The notes under the pieces are model-generated. The model was not told where the DNA came from. It saw only the letters and a program-made list of their open reading frames with translations, and ran no database searches. From a virus (taxonomy: Duplodnaviria; Caudoviricetes): a stretch of DNA of 37,812 bases. The stretch is taken from positions 1-37,812 of the IMG/VR virus record IMGVR_UViG_3300010413_000088; one strand, written 5' to 3'. Positions within the stretch are counted from its first letter, which is position 1. The number at the start of each line of letters is the position of its first letter. This document shows positions 17,412 through 28,600 of this stretch, in pieces. The translations under genes were made by a program, and so were the position numbers.

Positions 17412-17446
17412 GCGCGGGCGCTGCATTAAGCGGCGCCCGTGTTTTT
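17412..17446 (+). terminator. Intrinsic terminator
   Basis: GCGCGGGCGCTGC-ATTAA-GCGGCGCCCGTGT stem (with G-U pairs) running into TTTTT. Confidence 0.75.
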
Positions 17447-17451
17447 ATGGG

Positions 17452-17697
17452 GTGATGATGACAGAACACAACACGACAGGAGCCCCCACCTGGCGGGAGT
17501 TAGACCGGGAGGGGTGCGTGTACGGAAGGCATACCACAGAGCAGGTTGACAAGCTGGCGGATCGGTTCGATGAATGTATCAAAGATATCCGGGCGGCACA
17601 GTCAAAAGTTACGTGGGCCCTCGTGGGCTTTGCGATCTCTTTTGGCACGGCCGCCCTGTTGCTTTTGGTGAACCTGGCCAGCAAAAATATACCATAG
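17452..17697 (+). CDS. Small coiled-coil protein with a C-terminal transmembrane helix (holin/XhlA-like candidate)
   Basis: VDKLADRFDECIKDIRAAQSK followed by VTWALVGFAISFGTAALLLLVNL. Confidence 0.5.
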   Translation: MMMTEHNTTGAPTWRELDREGCVYGRHTTEQVDKLADRFDECIKDIRAAQSKVTWALVGFAISFGTAALLLLVNLASKNIP

Positions 17698-17706
17698 GGG
17701 GGGAGC

Positions 17707-18252
17707 ATGAGCAAAGGACAGGCGAAGGACCCCAATCACCCCGATAACTTTGACCCGGCCAGTCTACCACCGGCGGCCCTGGTCTATCTGGACGTTTGGG
17801 CTATGGGGGTAGATCCAGAGGGTAAGGCCCTCAGGGTCAGCTCCGCGGCCGCCCTGGCCGGCGTATCCGTGTCAGCCGTGAAACGCTGGCGCGAGCGGTA
17901 CGGGTTAGGCTTTAGGCGGCTGGAAAACCAGGCCCGGGCGCGAGCTGGATCAGAGTACGGCGGCCGGCTTGCCCGCCAGGTAGTACAGTCACTGGTGGTA
18001 CCAGCGGCGCGGCGTATGGCGCTTGAATTGTCTAAGCCAGATGGAGAGTGGCGCGCCGCCTGGGAGGTCCTCAAGGCAGGGGGTGGGCTGGCTGAACACG
18101 TCGAGATCCACGGGACCGGTTACACCGCCGAGGAACTAGCGCGGGATCGGGAGGTCGCAGAGGCAGAGCTTGACGAATGGAGATCGGAGAATGGACTGGA
18201 CACACTGGATCCAGCAGGTGAACAACCACCCAGCCGACCGTCAAAGGATTGA
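17707..18252 (+). CDS. terS: Putative terminase small subunit
   Basis: HTH-like VSSAAALAGVSVSAVKRWRER, a helical region (WRAAWEVLK) and EHVEIHG; directly upstream of and overlapping terL. Confidence 0.65.
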   Translation: MSKGQAKDPNHPDNFDPASLPPAALVYLDVWAMGVDPEGKALRVSSAAALAGVSVSAVKRWRERYGLGFRRLENQARARAGSEYGGRLARQVVQSLVVPAARRMALELSKPDGEWRAAWEVLKAGGGLAEHVEIHGTGYTAEELARDREVAEAELDEWRSENGLDTLDPAGEQPPSRPSKD

Positions 18253-19678
18253 ATGGGACAAATGCGCGCGAAATCCGGCGTATTGGATCAATACCTATGC
18301 CTGGGCGAAGGACGAGCGAACCGGCGAGCTTTTCCGGTTGGAGCTGTGGAAAGCGCAAGCCTGGCTATTGACGGTCCTCCTTGCGGTGCCCCTGTTGGTA
18401 ATCCTCAAGGCCCGGCAGTTGGGGATCTCGTGGCTGGTCGTAGCGTACGGAACCTGGCTAATCACCTTCCATCCCCGCCGCTACGTCCTGTTGTTTTCCT
18501 ATCGAGAGCTAGAAGCCATGGAGCTACTAGACCGGGCCCGGCATATTATCCGCCACCTCCCCAAGTGGATGCGCCCGGAGCTGGCCAAGGACAGCGAGCT
18601 TCAAATGGAGACAGCACGCGGCAGCCGGATCCGCGCCTTCCCTACAAGTGGCAGCGAAGGCCGGACCTATGCCGCGGCACTGGCTATTATAGACGAGGCC
18701 GGACTAGTCCGAAACCTGAGCGCTCTCATAACTGCACTGGAACCGGTAACCGAGGGCGGGGGCAAGCTGGTGGTACTGGGCACGGCGAAGGGGATCGGGG
18801 ACTACTTTACCCTAATTCAAATGATACGAGCCGGAAGCCTGGCAGCCTGGCGCTTTGTCTTTATGCCATGGTTCAGCCGACCGGACCGGCCGGCCAACTG
18901 GCGCGAGCAGCAGCTAGAAAAGTCAACAAAAAAATGGCAGGTCTACCAGGAGCACCCGGAGACACCGGACGAGGCCTTTCAAATGGGGCATCATCCCCGG
19001 TTCGAGGTGGACCAGCTAAAAGGACTTATGAAGCGGACGCGCCAGCCGCTACCACTACGCCGAGACAAGGACAACGTACCGGCGGACCTGTGGCCCGTGC
19101 TGCAGGCGGGAGCGCTCAAGGTATGGCGGAGACCACGGCCCGGCAAGTGGTACCTCGTGGCCAGCGATACGGCAGAGGGGATCCCGGAACGAAACCGGTG
19201 TACCGCCGTAGTGATGGATCAGCGCGCGGGTCTGGCCGTGGCCGAGCTGGCGGGCTGGTGGCCGGATCACGAGTTCGCTCATTTACTGGCGGTACTGGGG
19301 CAGTGGTACGGGATCGCGGTCCTGGCCGTGGAGAGGAACAACCACGGGCACGCCGTGATCGCAAACCTGGTAAATGTGGAGGAATACCCGGGCACATTGT
19401 ACCGGATGAAGGAGCCCGGACAACAGCGCACCCGCAAGAGGGGGTGGGCTACCACCACGCGAACCCGGCCGCTACTTTTCGATGCTATGGAGGCGGCGCT
19501 AATGGATGAAGGCCGGCGCTGGTACTCCGCTGGCTTTTTGGGGGAGTGCCTCACGTGTGCGATTGACGAGAGCGGGCGGGTCGGTGCGCCAGATATCGAG
19601 GGCGTGTATGACGATCTACTGTTCGCATACATGATCGCGGAGGTGGTCCGCCAAGAGCAGCGCTATTTGACGGGGTGA
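18191..19678 (+). CDS. terL: Terminase large subunit
   Basis: Walker A LKARQLGISW, Walker B AIIDEAG, motif III LGTAKG, RNase H-like YLVASDTAEG / AVERNNHG / YDDLLFAY. Start is ATG 18191 (or TTG 18170). Confidence 0.92.
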   Translation: MDWTHWIQQVNNHPADRQRIEWDKCARNPAYWINTYAWAKDERTGELFRLELWKAQAWLLTVLLAVPLLVILKARQLGISWLVVAYGTWLITFHPRRYVLLFSYRELEAMELLDRARHIIRHLPKWMRPELAKDSELQMETARGSRIRAFPTSGSEGRTYAAALAIIDEAGLVRNLSALITALEPVTEGGGKLVVLGTAKGIGDYFTLIQMIRAGSLAAWRFVFMPWFSRPDRPANWREQQLEKSTKKWQVYQEHPETPDEAFQMGHHPRFEVDQLKGLMKRTRQPLPLRRDKDNVPADLWPVLQAGALKVWRRPRPGKWYLVASDTAEGIPERNRCTAVVMDQRAGLAVAELAGWWPDHEFAHLLAVLGQWYGIAVLAVERNNHGHAVIANLVNVEEYPGTLYRMKEPGQQRTRKRGWATTTRTRPLLFDAMEAALMDEGRRWYSAGFLGECLTCAIDESGRVGAPDIEGVYDDLLFAYMIAEVVRQEQRYLTG

Positions 19679-19681
19679 TCT

Positions 19682-21652
19682 ATGCCAAGTAAAACCGCGG
19701 TAAACTTCCAGGATCCGGAGGTGCGGGAGGCCTGGGACCTAGCGACCGATCTAATCGCAGAGGCGGCAGAGCGGGATCGGATCTATGATACGCTGGACGC
19801 GTTATACTACAACGACCGAGACCAGACCGGGGCCAGCAATACCCCGGACCACGCCGATCCCCTGGGGATCTACACAACGAGCGGCACGAGGGAGACGGCC
19901 GACATAGGCCAGCGCAAGGCGGCGGCCGAGCTAGAGCTAGGCGTTAACCTCGTGAGCAGTTTGGATCCCGTGGTAATTGTGCCGGCAGCCAGCCCCAGCC
20001 GATCCGACGTGGCCGACGCGGACGATCGCGAGGCCTGGCTAAATGCGTACTTGCGGCAGGCGGAGAAGGAGGAAAAAGGCGGGGTGTTGCGGGGCCTGGC
20101 GTTTAACGGCTTCCATAGGGGTATGGTGGTGGTACGGGTCCTATGCCGGCCGGATCGGTTGCGACGGCCGGAGCAAGACAAGCCCCTGGCCGAGCGGGTG
20201 AGGGAGGCCCTAGCCCGTGGCCGCTTGCCCAGCCAGAGCTCAGACTGGGAGCAAGGCGATTTGCTACCGGTACAGTTGCAGGTCCGGGATCCTCGTGATG
20301 TGTACCCGAGATGGACAGAGGACGGACTAGCGGCGGTGGTGGAGGAATACGAGCGCAAATGGCGGGATATCAAGGATCAACATCCTGAGGTAGACCAGGT
20401 CGCCGGCAGCAGTTCAGGCGATACCGTTGTATGGCGGGAATACTGGGATCGCGAGTACGTGATCTACTGGGCAGGTCAGACCTTTGTAGCCCGGCAGCGG
20501 CATGGTATGGGGGTGGTCCCCTATGCTATCCGGATCCCGATACAGACGACCGCCAAGGAACCGGCGCGCGAGGTGCGCCCCTTCCTGGGGATTGCCGAGG
20601 GGTACGCACGGCGGATCAATCGGCTGGTGGCTATCCAGGAGACGACGGCCACACGATACAACAACGACGCGTTGATTGTAACGGGACGGGTAACCCACGA
20701 CGGCGCCGGTGGGACCAAGGTACCGGGGTTGAGTCTGGAACCGTTCACCGTGAACAACGCAGAGGAAGGAACACGGGTTGACTGGATCTACCGATCGAAA
20801 CCGCCGCTTGAGACCGACGCCCTGTTAGCTCTCTATCTCACAGAGTGGGAAAGCGCGACGTGGCCTAAGGAGATGCACGGGTCAGAGAGGGTCGCGCGGT
20901 CTGGCCTGGCCTGGGGGCTAATGACAGAGGCCGGCCGGGTGCGTATGGTCCCTGTGTTGTCAGCGATGGAGCAAGTCATAGAGGACGGGCTAGGCCTGGT
21001 GTTGCGCGGCGCCGAGCAGGTGATCGGGCCCCTCGTGGGCGGCGCGGTTCATGTGCAGGTAGTGGAGGCCAAAGAGTTGCGGGACCGGCGGATCCGGATC
21101 TTGCGACAGGTGGAGCTCGAAACGGAGGACATAGGCGGGGCCTATCGGGTCGAGGTGAAACTAGGCACGCCCGCAAGCGCTGAGCAGTTGCAGCGGGCTT
21201 TACTGGCCGAGCGTATGGTAGCGGCGCAGATTCTAAGCCGACAGACCGCCGCAGAAGAATATATGAATGTGGCCAGTTGGGCAGAGGAACGGGAGCGCCT
21301 AGCCAGGGAGGCGGCCGCTCAGGATCCGCAGGTGCGCCAGCTCGAGGTAGCACTAGCCCGGATCGAGACCTTGCGGGAGATGCGCGAGCGGATTGACGAG
21401 ATGGACCTATCAGACGAGGAACGATCCCAGCTACCGCCGGAGCTGGGAGGCCTACAGCAGGCGCCGAGCGAGCCCGATTATTTGCGCGCAAATGTGCCAG
21501 CCATGGAACCCGGACCACCGGCGCCCATGGCCCAGGGTCTACCGCCGGAGTTGGGCGGCCAGTGGGGCGCGCTGGAAATGCCAGGCGCCGGGCCCGGCTT
21601 TGACAATCCCATGGGGATCCCGCCGCAGGATCTAATGGGGCTGGGAATGTGA
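19682..21652 (+). CDS. Portal protein (podovirus-type)
   Basis: 656 aa immediately after terL; QVRDPRDVYP, VWREYWD..YVIY, HGMGVVPY, helical clip/crown, and a Pro/Gly/Met-rich disordered tail. Confidence 0.8.
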   Translation: MPSKTAVNFQDPEVREAWDLATDLIAEAAERDRIYDTLDALYYNDRDQTGASNTPDHADPLGIYTTSGTRETADIGQRKAAAELELGVNLVSSLDPVVIVPAASPSRSDVADADDREAWLNAYLRQAEKEEKGGVLRGLAFNGFHRGMVVVRVLCRPDRLRRPEQDKPLAERVREALARGRLPSQSSDWEQGDLLPVQLQVRDPRDVYPRWTEDGLAAVVEEYERKWRDIKDQHPEVDQVAGSSSGDTVVWREYWDREYVIYWAGQTFVARQRHGMGVVPYAIRIPIQTTAKEPAREVRPFLGIAEGYARRINRLVAIQETTATRYNNDALIVTGRVTHDGAGGTKVPGLSLEPFTVNNAEEGTRVDWIYRSKPPLETDALLALYLTEWESATWPKEMHGSERVARSGLAWGLMTEAGRVRMVPVLSAMEQVIEDGLGLVLRGAEQVIGPLVGGAVHVQVVEAKELRDRRIRILRQVELETEDIGGAYRVEVKLGTPASAEQLQRALLAERMVAAQILSRQTAAEEYMNVASWAEERERLAREAAAQDPQVRQLEVALARIETLREMRERIDEMDLSDEERSQLPPELGGLQQAPSEPDYLRANVPAMEPGPPAPMAQGLPPELGGQWGALEMPGAGPGFDNPMGIPPQDLMGLGM

Positions 21653-21662
21653 GGGTGACACA

Positions 21663-21821
21663 ATGGCAAAGACAGTACGCGGCTTTGAGGCGAACGCCCA
21701 GCGGATCGCCAGAGCGCAAGGGATCAGCATTGAGCGGGCCCGGCGGATCCTGGCGGCCAGTACGAGGCGGGCAAGCCGGGCAGCAAAACGCCGTAACCCA
21801 CGACTAAAACGGGTTAAATAG
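21663..21821 (+). CDS. 52-aa highly basic protein MAKTVRGFEANAQRIARAQGISIERARRILAASTRRASRAAKRRNPRLKRVK
   Basis: ATG after GAGGGTG; fills the portal to next-gene gap; missing from the ORF track. Confidence 0.75.
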   Translation: MAKTVRGFEANAQRIARAQGISIERARRILAASTRRASRAAKRRNPRLKRVK

Positions 21822-21834
21822 AGGGGGTGACGTA

Positions 21835-22623
21835 ATGCCGATCAACTGGTGGCGCCGGCCGGGACCGGCCCCAAGACAGCGACAGACGACGAGGCAGGCG
21901 GTTGACGTGATGGGCGATGTGACCGGCGCCGGCTGGTATCCCCGGATCCAGTCAGTAGCGCCGGCGTATGCTGGCGGGGTGCGCCCTGTGTCAGCGTATG
22001 ATATGGCGGTGTCACGTTTGGGAGGTGAGACGTGGGGCACCTGGCAGCAGCGGCAGGCAGGGGCGGGGGCCCCTGTTGTGCCGGCACAGAATGACCCCTT
22101 TGCAGTGGCCGCTTACAATGTAGGCGGCGGATACCCCGCCTCGTTTGTTCCTGGCGGGATGACCGGGCCGACCCTGGCCGGGCCACCGATGACGGCGGCC
22201 GGGCCGGTCAGCACAGCGGCGGGGACACCAGCGCCTACGACGGGAGAGGGGACGGTAAAAACTAAATATAGAGAGGCGCCCGCAGGTGTCCCCGCCGGCT
22301 GGTACCGGCAATTTCAAGAGGAACACGGCGAGACCCCCGAGGAATTTTACAAACGCACGGGGGAGGGGCTTGACGAGGCCCTAGCCGATCGCGCCTGGGG
22401 TGAGCAATTCGCGCGCGATACGGGCAGGCCTCCCAACGAGGACGAATGGCGGTATAACTGGTATATGACGCGGCGAGGCCATCCCCCGCCGACGTTCAGC
22501 CCGGAACAGTGGGACATACTCAGGAAGTACCAGCGCAGGCGGACGGGTGAGGGTTCAGAACCCAGGACACCGCGGCCGCTGGTCGTGCCCGGACCCCAAC
22601 GGTGGCGAGTGGGGCCCCTGTAG
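21835..22623 (+). CDS. Putative internal virion/ejection protein
   Basis: Strong RBS GAGGGGGTG; low-complexity Ala/Gly/Pro sequence; directly precedes the giant protein. Confidence 0.55.
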   Translation: MPINWWRRPGPAPRQRQTTRQAVDVMGDVTGAGWYPRIQSVAPAYAGGVRPVSAYDMAVSRLGGETWGTWQQRQAGAGAPVVPAQNDPFAVAAYNVGGGYPASFVPGGMTGPTLAGPPMTAAGPVSTAAGTPAPTTGEGTVKTKYREAPAGVPAGWYRQFQEEHGETPEEFYKRTGEGLDEALADRAWGEQFARDTGRPPNEDEWRYNWYMTRRGHPPPTFSPEQWDILRKYQRRRTGEGSEPRTPRPLVVPGPQRWRVGPL

Positions 22624-22641
22624 GCGAGAGGATCGGAACCT

Positions 22642-25600
22642 ATGCCCTGGCCCTGGGAGAGGCAGAGCGACAGCGACAAGTTACCCTGGCAGCGGTGGCG
22701 AACCGGCGCGGACCTACAGCGGGACGTGTTCGGAGGTCCGGCGCCGCAGTGGTTCAGCCGCCTAGCCGACTGGTCTAAATCCTATTTAGAGGCAGCCGGC
22801 GGCCGGTTGCGTCAGGCGTGGCGAGCTCCGCAAGATGTGACGTTGCCCGAGTATGCGCCGGCAGCGTGGCCGACACAGACCCCGGAGGACTACGAGAACA
22901 CGCCGGAGGGGCGCGCGGCAGCCTATGAAGCTTTTAAGGCAGCCAATGTCAAGCCTACCGGCTGGGGCCTGGGGGCCATGCGCCGGGCTGGGGGCCCGAT
23001 CGGGGCGGTGGGTCAGGCAGTGGAGACGGCCGGCCGAGCCATAGCCCAGCCCGCAAGTTGGGGCCTGGGTGTTGTGGGTGAGTTGCCGCGGGCACCGCTG
23101 GGGGTCCTGGGCTGGGGCGCGGTTGGGATGCACCCCGAGGCGCGCGATCTCCCCATCAAAGATATCTACCCTTTGATCGAGGCAGCGCCCAGCCTGGGGG
23201 CGCGGACCATGGCGGAACAGCTACCCGCTGCAAGCCGGCACTTTGTAGACACGTGGCGGACCGAAGGGCCAGCAGCCGCCCTAACACGACCCTACCAGGG
23301 CGCCACCCCCTGGGCGCCGGAGAGTGTGGAGACGGCCGCGATCCGGTACGTGGCCAACGCACCAGCAGAGGAACGGCGGGCGGCAGCCGAGCACGTAGCC
23401 GAAACGACGTACAGCCCCATAGCGCAGATGTGGGCGGAAATTGCACTTGACCCACTTAACGTACTGGATATCGCCAGCACTACCGGCCGCGCGGCAGAAG
23501 CAGCCCGGGAGATTGCCAAGGCAGAAGCAGAGTATACCACCGCGCGACGGGTGGCCGAGCTAAGTACAAAACTGGACGAGGTCCTAGAGAGCGGCCGCGC
23601 TATAGACCAGGTGACCCGGCCACCAGAGCAGACGGGCAGGATCCGGGCCCTGCTAGGTGGAGACTGGGAAGGGTTCAAGCAGGCGATCAATCCCTTTGCG
23701 CTTACACCGGAAAGCCGGGCCGCGGCAGATCAGGCGGACACGTTCCTAATCACGAGCAACCTACTAGAGGGAGCGGGCGACGCGGCGCAGGCCAGGACCC
23801 GGCTCGAGTTCTTCCGGACGAACCCGACCGAGGCGGCGAAGGTATACGGCTCATATCTGGCCAGCAACAAAGGCCGGCGTGTTGCCGAGACGTTGCGGGG
23901 CGTGAATCTTGACGGGGTGGAGTGGTTAACGCCAGGCCGCGCCTACCAGCCCCAGGCGGCCGCGATGGAGATCCACGAGCGCGCGCGCCCAGTGTTGGAG
24001 ACCATGCACGGGGTGACGGAACCGACCGGCTACCGAAAATTTGCACGCGGTTTTAAGCGCCTGGCTAGTGAATTTTACATGAACCTAAACCCCGGCTTTG
24101 CCTTCCGCAACGCGATCAATAACACGGTGACCCTGGCTTATGATGGCTTGCTGGCCATGGATACGCCGGCCGACGTGGATCGCTACCTGCAGCGGCTTGA
24201 GATTCTACCGGCCAGGGTCCGGACGGGGATCGGGGGACTTGAGGAACTAACCGGCGCCGGCAGCCAGCTACCCGCCCCACTCCGCCAGGTGTCAGAAGCA
24301 GGGGCCCGCCTAGCCCGTACCTCGTGGATAGGGGAGGAAGCCTTTTATAAGCGCGGCTTTGTCAGTGCGCTAAGGCGGACGCTTAACCAGACGTGGCACG
24401 CAGGGACCCGGGTACCAGCTCCGCCGGCTGAGGTATATCAGGCGCTGGGCCCAGGGGGGACCGCCGATCTGGTGGCCGCCGCCGCGAGTGGGGCAAACTG
24501 GCAGGAGATTGTAGAGAATACCCGGCGTATCCTGAACCCCCGCCGGCCAGGTGAGGCGTTAGGCCTGGTGGTACGGTACTTGGATCCGGAGCAGCTCGAT
24601 TATCTCAGCCCGGGGGTGGTTGCACACTTGCACGATCGGATCGTGGCAGCCGAGAGCCCGGGGCAGGTATCCGAGGCAATCCAGGAAGCGCGGGATCTCA
24701 TTGTAGCGCAGGGAGACGCGGCATATAGGCGCGAGCTATTTGACCCCAGCCGGACCGTGTACACTGAGGCAACGACGGCCGAGGGATTGACGGACCTCGT
24801 ACAGGGGATGCTCGAGGATGCGCGGCTGGCTGGCTTGCCCGAGGACGTAGCAACGCAGTGGGTTAACCGTATTGAGGCCCGGATCCGGGCGGTGGAGGAC
24901 GAGTTAAGGCGGGCGGTGGGGGACCTCACAAAAGAGGCGGCGCAGGTGGGGACCCGGGACGCGGCCTTGATTGCCTATGAAGCGAACCGGCAACAAGCGG
25001 AGATGCTCAACGAGACCCGCCGGATCGTGGACGAGGCGCGGCGGGAAGCGTGGCAACTGGTGGAAGCGGCGCCGGCCGAGGCGTCCGCCATCTGGGAGCG
25101 GTACTTTATGCAGGCTACCCAGGAATGGGAGCGGCATTTCAGCGAGGCCCTGCAGGTCGTTGAGGAAGCGCGCGGAGACTTGGAACGTTTGGCGTCGGGT
25201 GTCCCTATCGGTGACCTCGTAGGTGGGGATCCTCGTGAGCTGGCAGAGGAACGACTAGCCAGGCAGGCCGCGATCGCACGGCGCGCAGGCGAAGAACTGC
25301 CCGAGCTGGGCGGGGACTTTGACCGGCGGCTTGAGATCCTCAGGGCGCGGGTAGACCTGGCGCAAGAGAACGCCTGGCGGCTGGGCTTTCAGGCGGCGGA
25401 TCAGGAGACGCTCGATATTCTAGAATCCGCCTATCGGTACGAGCAGGACGTAGCCCGGAAATGGAGAGCCGAGCGCGACGCGTTGCGAAATGAAATGTTA
25501 GGTAAGCTAGACCAGCTCCCCCGGCGGGGCAAGACCAAAGAGCAGATCGCAGAGGCGCGGGCGGCGGTCCGGTGGGAATATGCAGAGCGCCAAGACGAAC

Positions 25601-28600
25601 TAGCCCGGATCCGCTTTGGTCAGCAGGCCAAGCGCTGGGAGATAGCCGAGGCGGAGGTACGTTATAAACGGCTGGGCGGAGAGGTTGCACCTCCCCAGCG
25701 GCCGGAGATTGCAGCGCCAACGCGATTTGTCAGGCGGCCAGCGCCAGAGGGAGCCACGGCGGTTGACGCGGCCCAGTGGGATCTCAGGGAGTTAAGCCGC
25801 GAGCTCGAGGTGATGCAGGCCGATATGGCCAGTGGGGCGAGGCCTCACGATCCGGCAGCCCTGGCGGACCAACTGGATCGGATCACTGAGGCGCGAGACC
25901 GGGCGATCGTGGAGGCCAGGCGGGGACTGGGCGATCTGGCCAGTGCTACACACACGCAGCTAAGGCGCCGGCGTAATCGTAAATGGACCGTCGATATCTA
26001 CCAGAACGATCGTGTTATCGGGTCAGAGCACTTTGACACCTTCCGGGAAGCGCAGGCCAGACGGGACGAGCTGGGCCTAGCGTTGACGGCGCCGGCAGAT
26101 GTAGCGCAAGAGCCCGGGGCACGGATTGAGCGGTATCGAGACTTGCAGCGGCGGATCGCAGGGGCCGAAGTAGAAATTGACGAGGTCAGGAACTGGGCAA
26201 GGGAGGCCCAGGCGCAGGGTGCCGACGCGGCCCGGGTCGCCTGGGATCGGGGGCTGGGAGAGTGGGCGCTAGAGTACGTGGACACCAAAGGCCAGCGGGT
26301 GATCACCAAGCGGCCAATGGGACGGAACAAGGAGATGGCACAGCGCGCGGCCGATCTATCCAAGCAGGTACTAGAAAGGGCCGAGCAAGCGCCGGCGCCG
26401 GCGGCACCTGCAGCCGCGGAAGCGGCGGCCGAGGAAGTGGTACGGCAGCACGAAGCAGCAACGCGGCAGCGGCTACAAGATGAAGGGATCTTTGACCGTG
26501 CCGACGAGATAAGCCGGCAGGTGGAGGAAGCGACAACCCAAGAGGTACACCCGCTGGACGCGGCACTGGCGGCAGCTTTTGAGCAGGAAGTAGAAGCCGC
26601 GGCCGCCTACCCAACCACGCTAGAGGAAGCGGCCGATCTATTTTTGGGCAAGCAGCCGGAGAGCCCCGAGGACTGGCGGCGGTTATCGGAGCAACTGCAG
26701 CAGGCCACGAAAGAAGCGCTGGATCTGGCGAGTGAGGAAGGATTAAAGGCGGAGATCGCGCGGCGGCTGTATGTGAGGTTGGACGAACCGCGGTATATCG
26801 AGGTGGGCGGCAAGACAAAAGAAATTCGCAAGCAGAAGCGGGCAGGGGTTACAGAGTCACAGCTAAGGCGCGAGATTCTAGGCGGGATGAAACCGCGCGA
26901 CTTTTACCAGTACCAGGGCGATGTAGCCGAGTGGTACAACGGGCTGGCGACGGATGCAGCGATCCGATCTGTGGGGGGAGAGGCACCGCCGCGGACGCCG
27001 CCAGCCTGGCTTGTACCTCCCCCGCCATCTGGTATAGTAGGAGTCGCGGAAACTGCAGCCGGGTATGGGGTCGGTGGTACACAAACGGAAGCTTTCCGGG
27101 CGTGGTTCGGTGATAGTAAAGTGGTGGACGCGGCCGGCGATCCCCTCGTGGTATACCATGGTACCCAGGCGCCGGAAATCTTTGACGAGTTCAGCGTAAG
27201 CGGGCCGCCGATTGTAGAGGGTGGGGAATATGCCGCGGTCAGCTCGAGTAATGACCCGACCTCATACATGGGCGCGCACTTTGCCCAGGAGCCCGAGGTA
27301 GCAGGCCGATTTGCAGGGGCGGAGCCGGTCACCTGGCTAAAAACCCGGTATGTCCAGGAGGGGCAAGCGGGCGGCCGGGTGTACCCGGTGTACCTGAGTA
27401 TAGACAATCCGCGGGTATTCAACAGCGAGGCAGAGCTAGGGGATCTAGTGTTCAGCCAGGACGTGGGCCACCTCCCCCAGTTGGATCAAATCATGTGGGA
27501 TACCCAGTATATGGGGCTGGGTGAGGATCGCTTTTGGGAGATGTACCAGGCCGATCCCGAGTTCAGGGGCGAGGTGAACAGGATCGCGTTAGAGCGAGCA
27601 TTAGGTGAGGACGAGCCCGAGTCTGTAGCGGAACTGGTGGCAGAGCTGGGCTGGTTGGCACGGGAGGAACTCGAGGCGGCCGGCTTTGACGGGGTACGAT
27701 ATCCGAATATGGTAGAGGGTGGCACCTCGTGGATCGCCTTTGACCCAACGCAGGTAAAAAGCGCAACGGCTAACGTGGGGAGGTGGTCCAGGACAGAACC
27801 GAGTATTTTACGGGAGCGGGCACCACACCCAGTCTATGGCGATATTGCGACACGCAGGGCGCAACAGGCAGAGAAGGGGTTAAGGACTTTCCAGAAGGTA
27901 CCAGCGCGGGAGTTCATCGGCCTAGTGGAGGACACCGGCCTTCTAAGTGCCCAGCAGGCGGCCGAGCTAATGGGGCAGCAGCGGCCGGAATACCTGGCGG
28001 CAGTGATCGACTACTTGACCTACAAACGCGAGCAGTTTCTAACAGGACAGCTCACGGTTAGAGACGTGGCCAAGGCTATGGTGATGAACAGTGCCAGTCA
28101 GCGGGCGTCAGAGCAGAGGCTAACCACGTTCCTAACGAATATGTCAAAATTCGGACTTGAGGATCTACCGATACCGGATCACGGTATACTGTGGAAAAAT
28201 GGCGAGCCATGGATCAGGCGAGAGGATGCAGCGGCTGCCTGGCTACTCACACCCAACGGCAGGCAGGCGCTAGATAAGTTGGATCAAGGGATCGTAGATA
28301 CAGAACTATGGTTCGAGCTAGAGCAGGTTATGAGCTCCTGGGGCTTGCCGGTGTTCCAGTACCACGGGACCTTTGACCCTACAAGTAAAAGTGTCAATTT
28401 CCACCGGTTGCCTGAATACGTGGAACGCTTTAATCAGGCGGGCCGCCAGTATGCCAATGGTGAGATCGGATGGAGGGAACTCAACGAGCTAACGCGCGAG
28501 CTGGCCGGCGTGGACTACCAGAAAACGGGCTTTGTTAGGCACTTCCTGGGCCTGGGCGATACGCCCACGGTGGACGCAGTAGAGATCAACTGGTGGTTGA

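Noticed and set aside
18253-19509. 418-aa alternative-frame ORF inside terL
   Set aside because: Arg/Gly/Pro-rich shadow frame of GC-rich coding DNA, with no motifs or convincing RBS.
21431-21560. Duplicated CTACCGCCGGAGYTGGG (LPPELGG twice) in the portal tail
   Set aside because: An ordinary low-complexity repeat in a disordered C-terminus.
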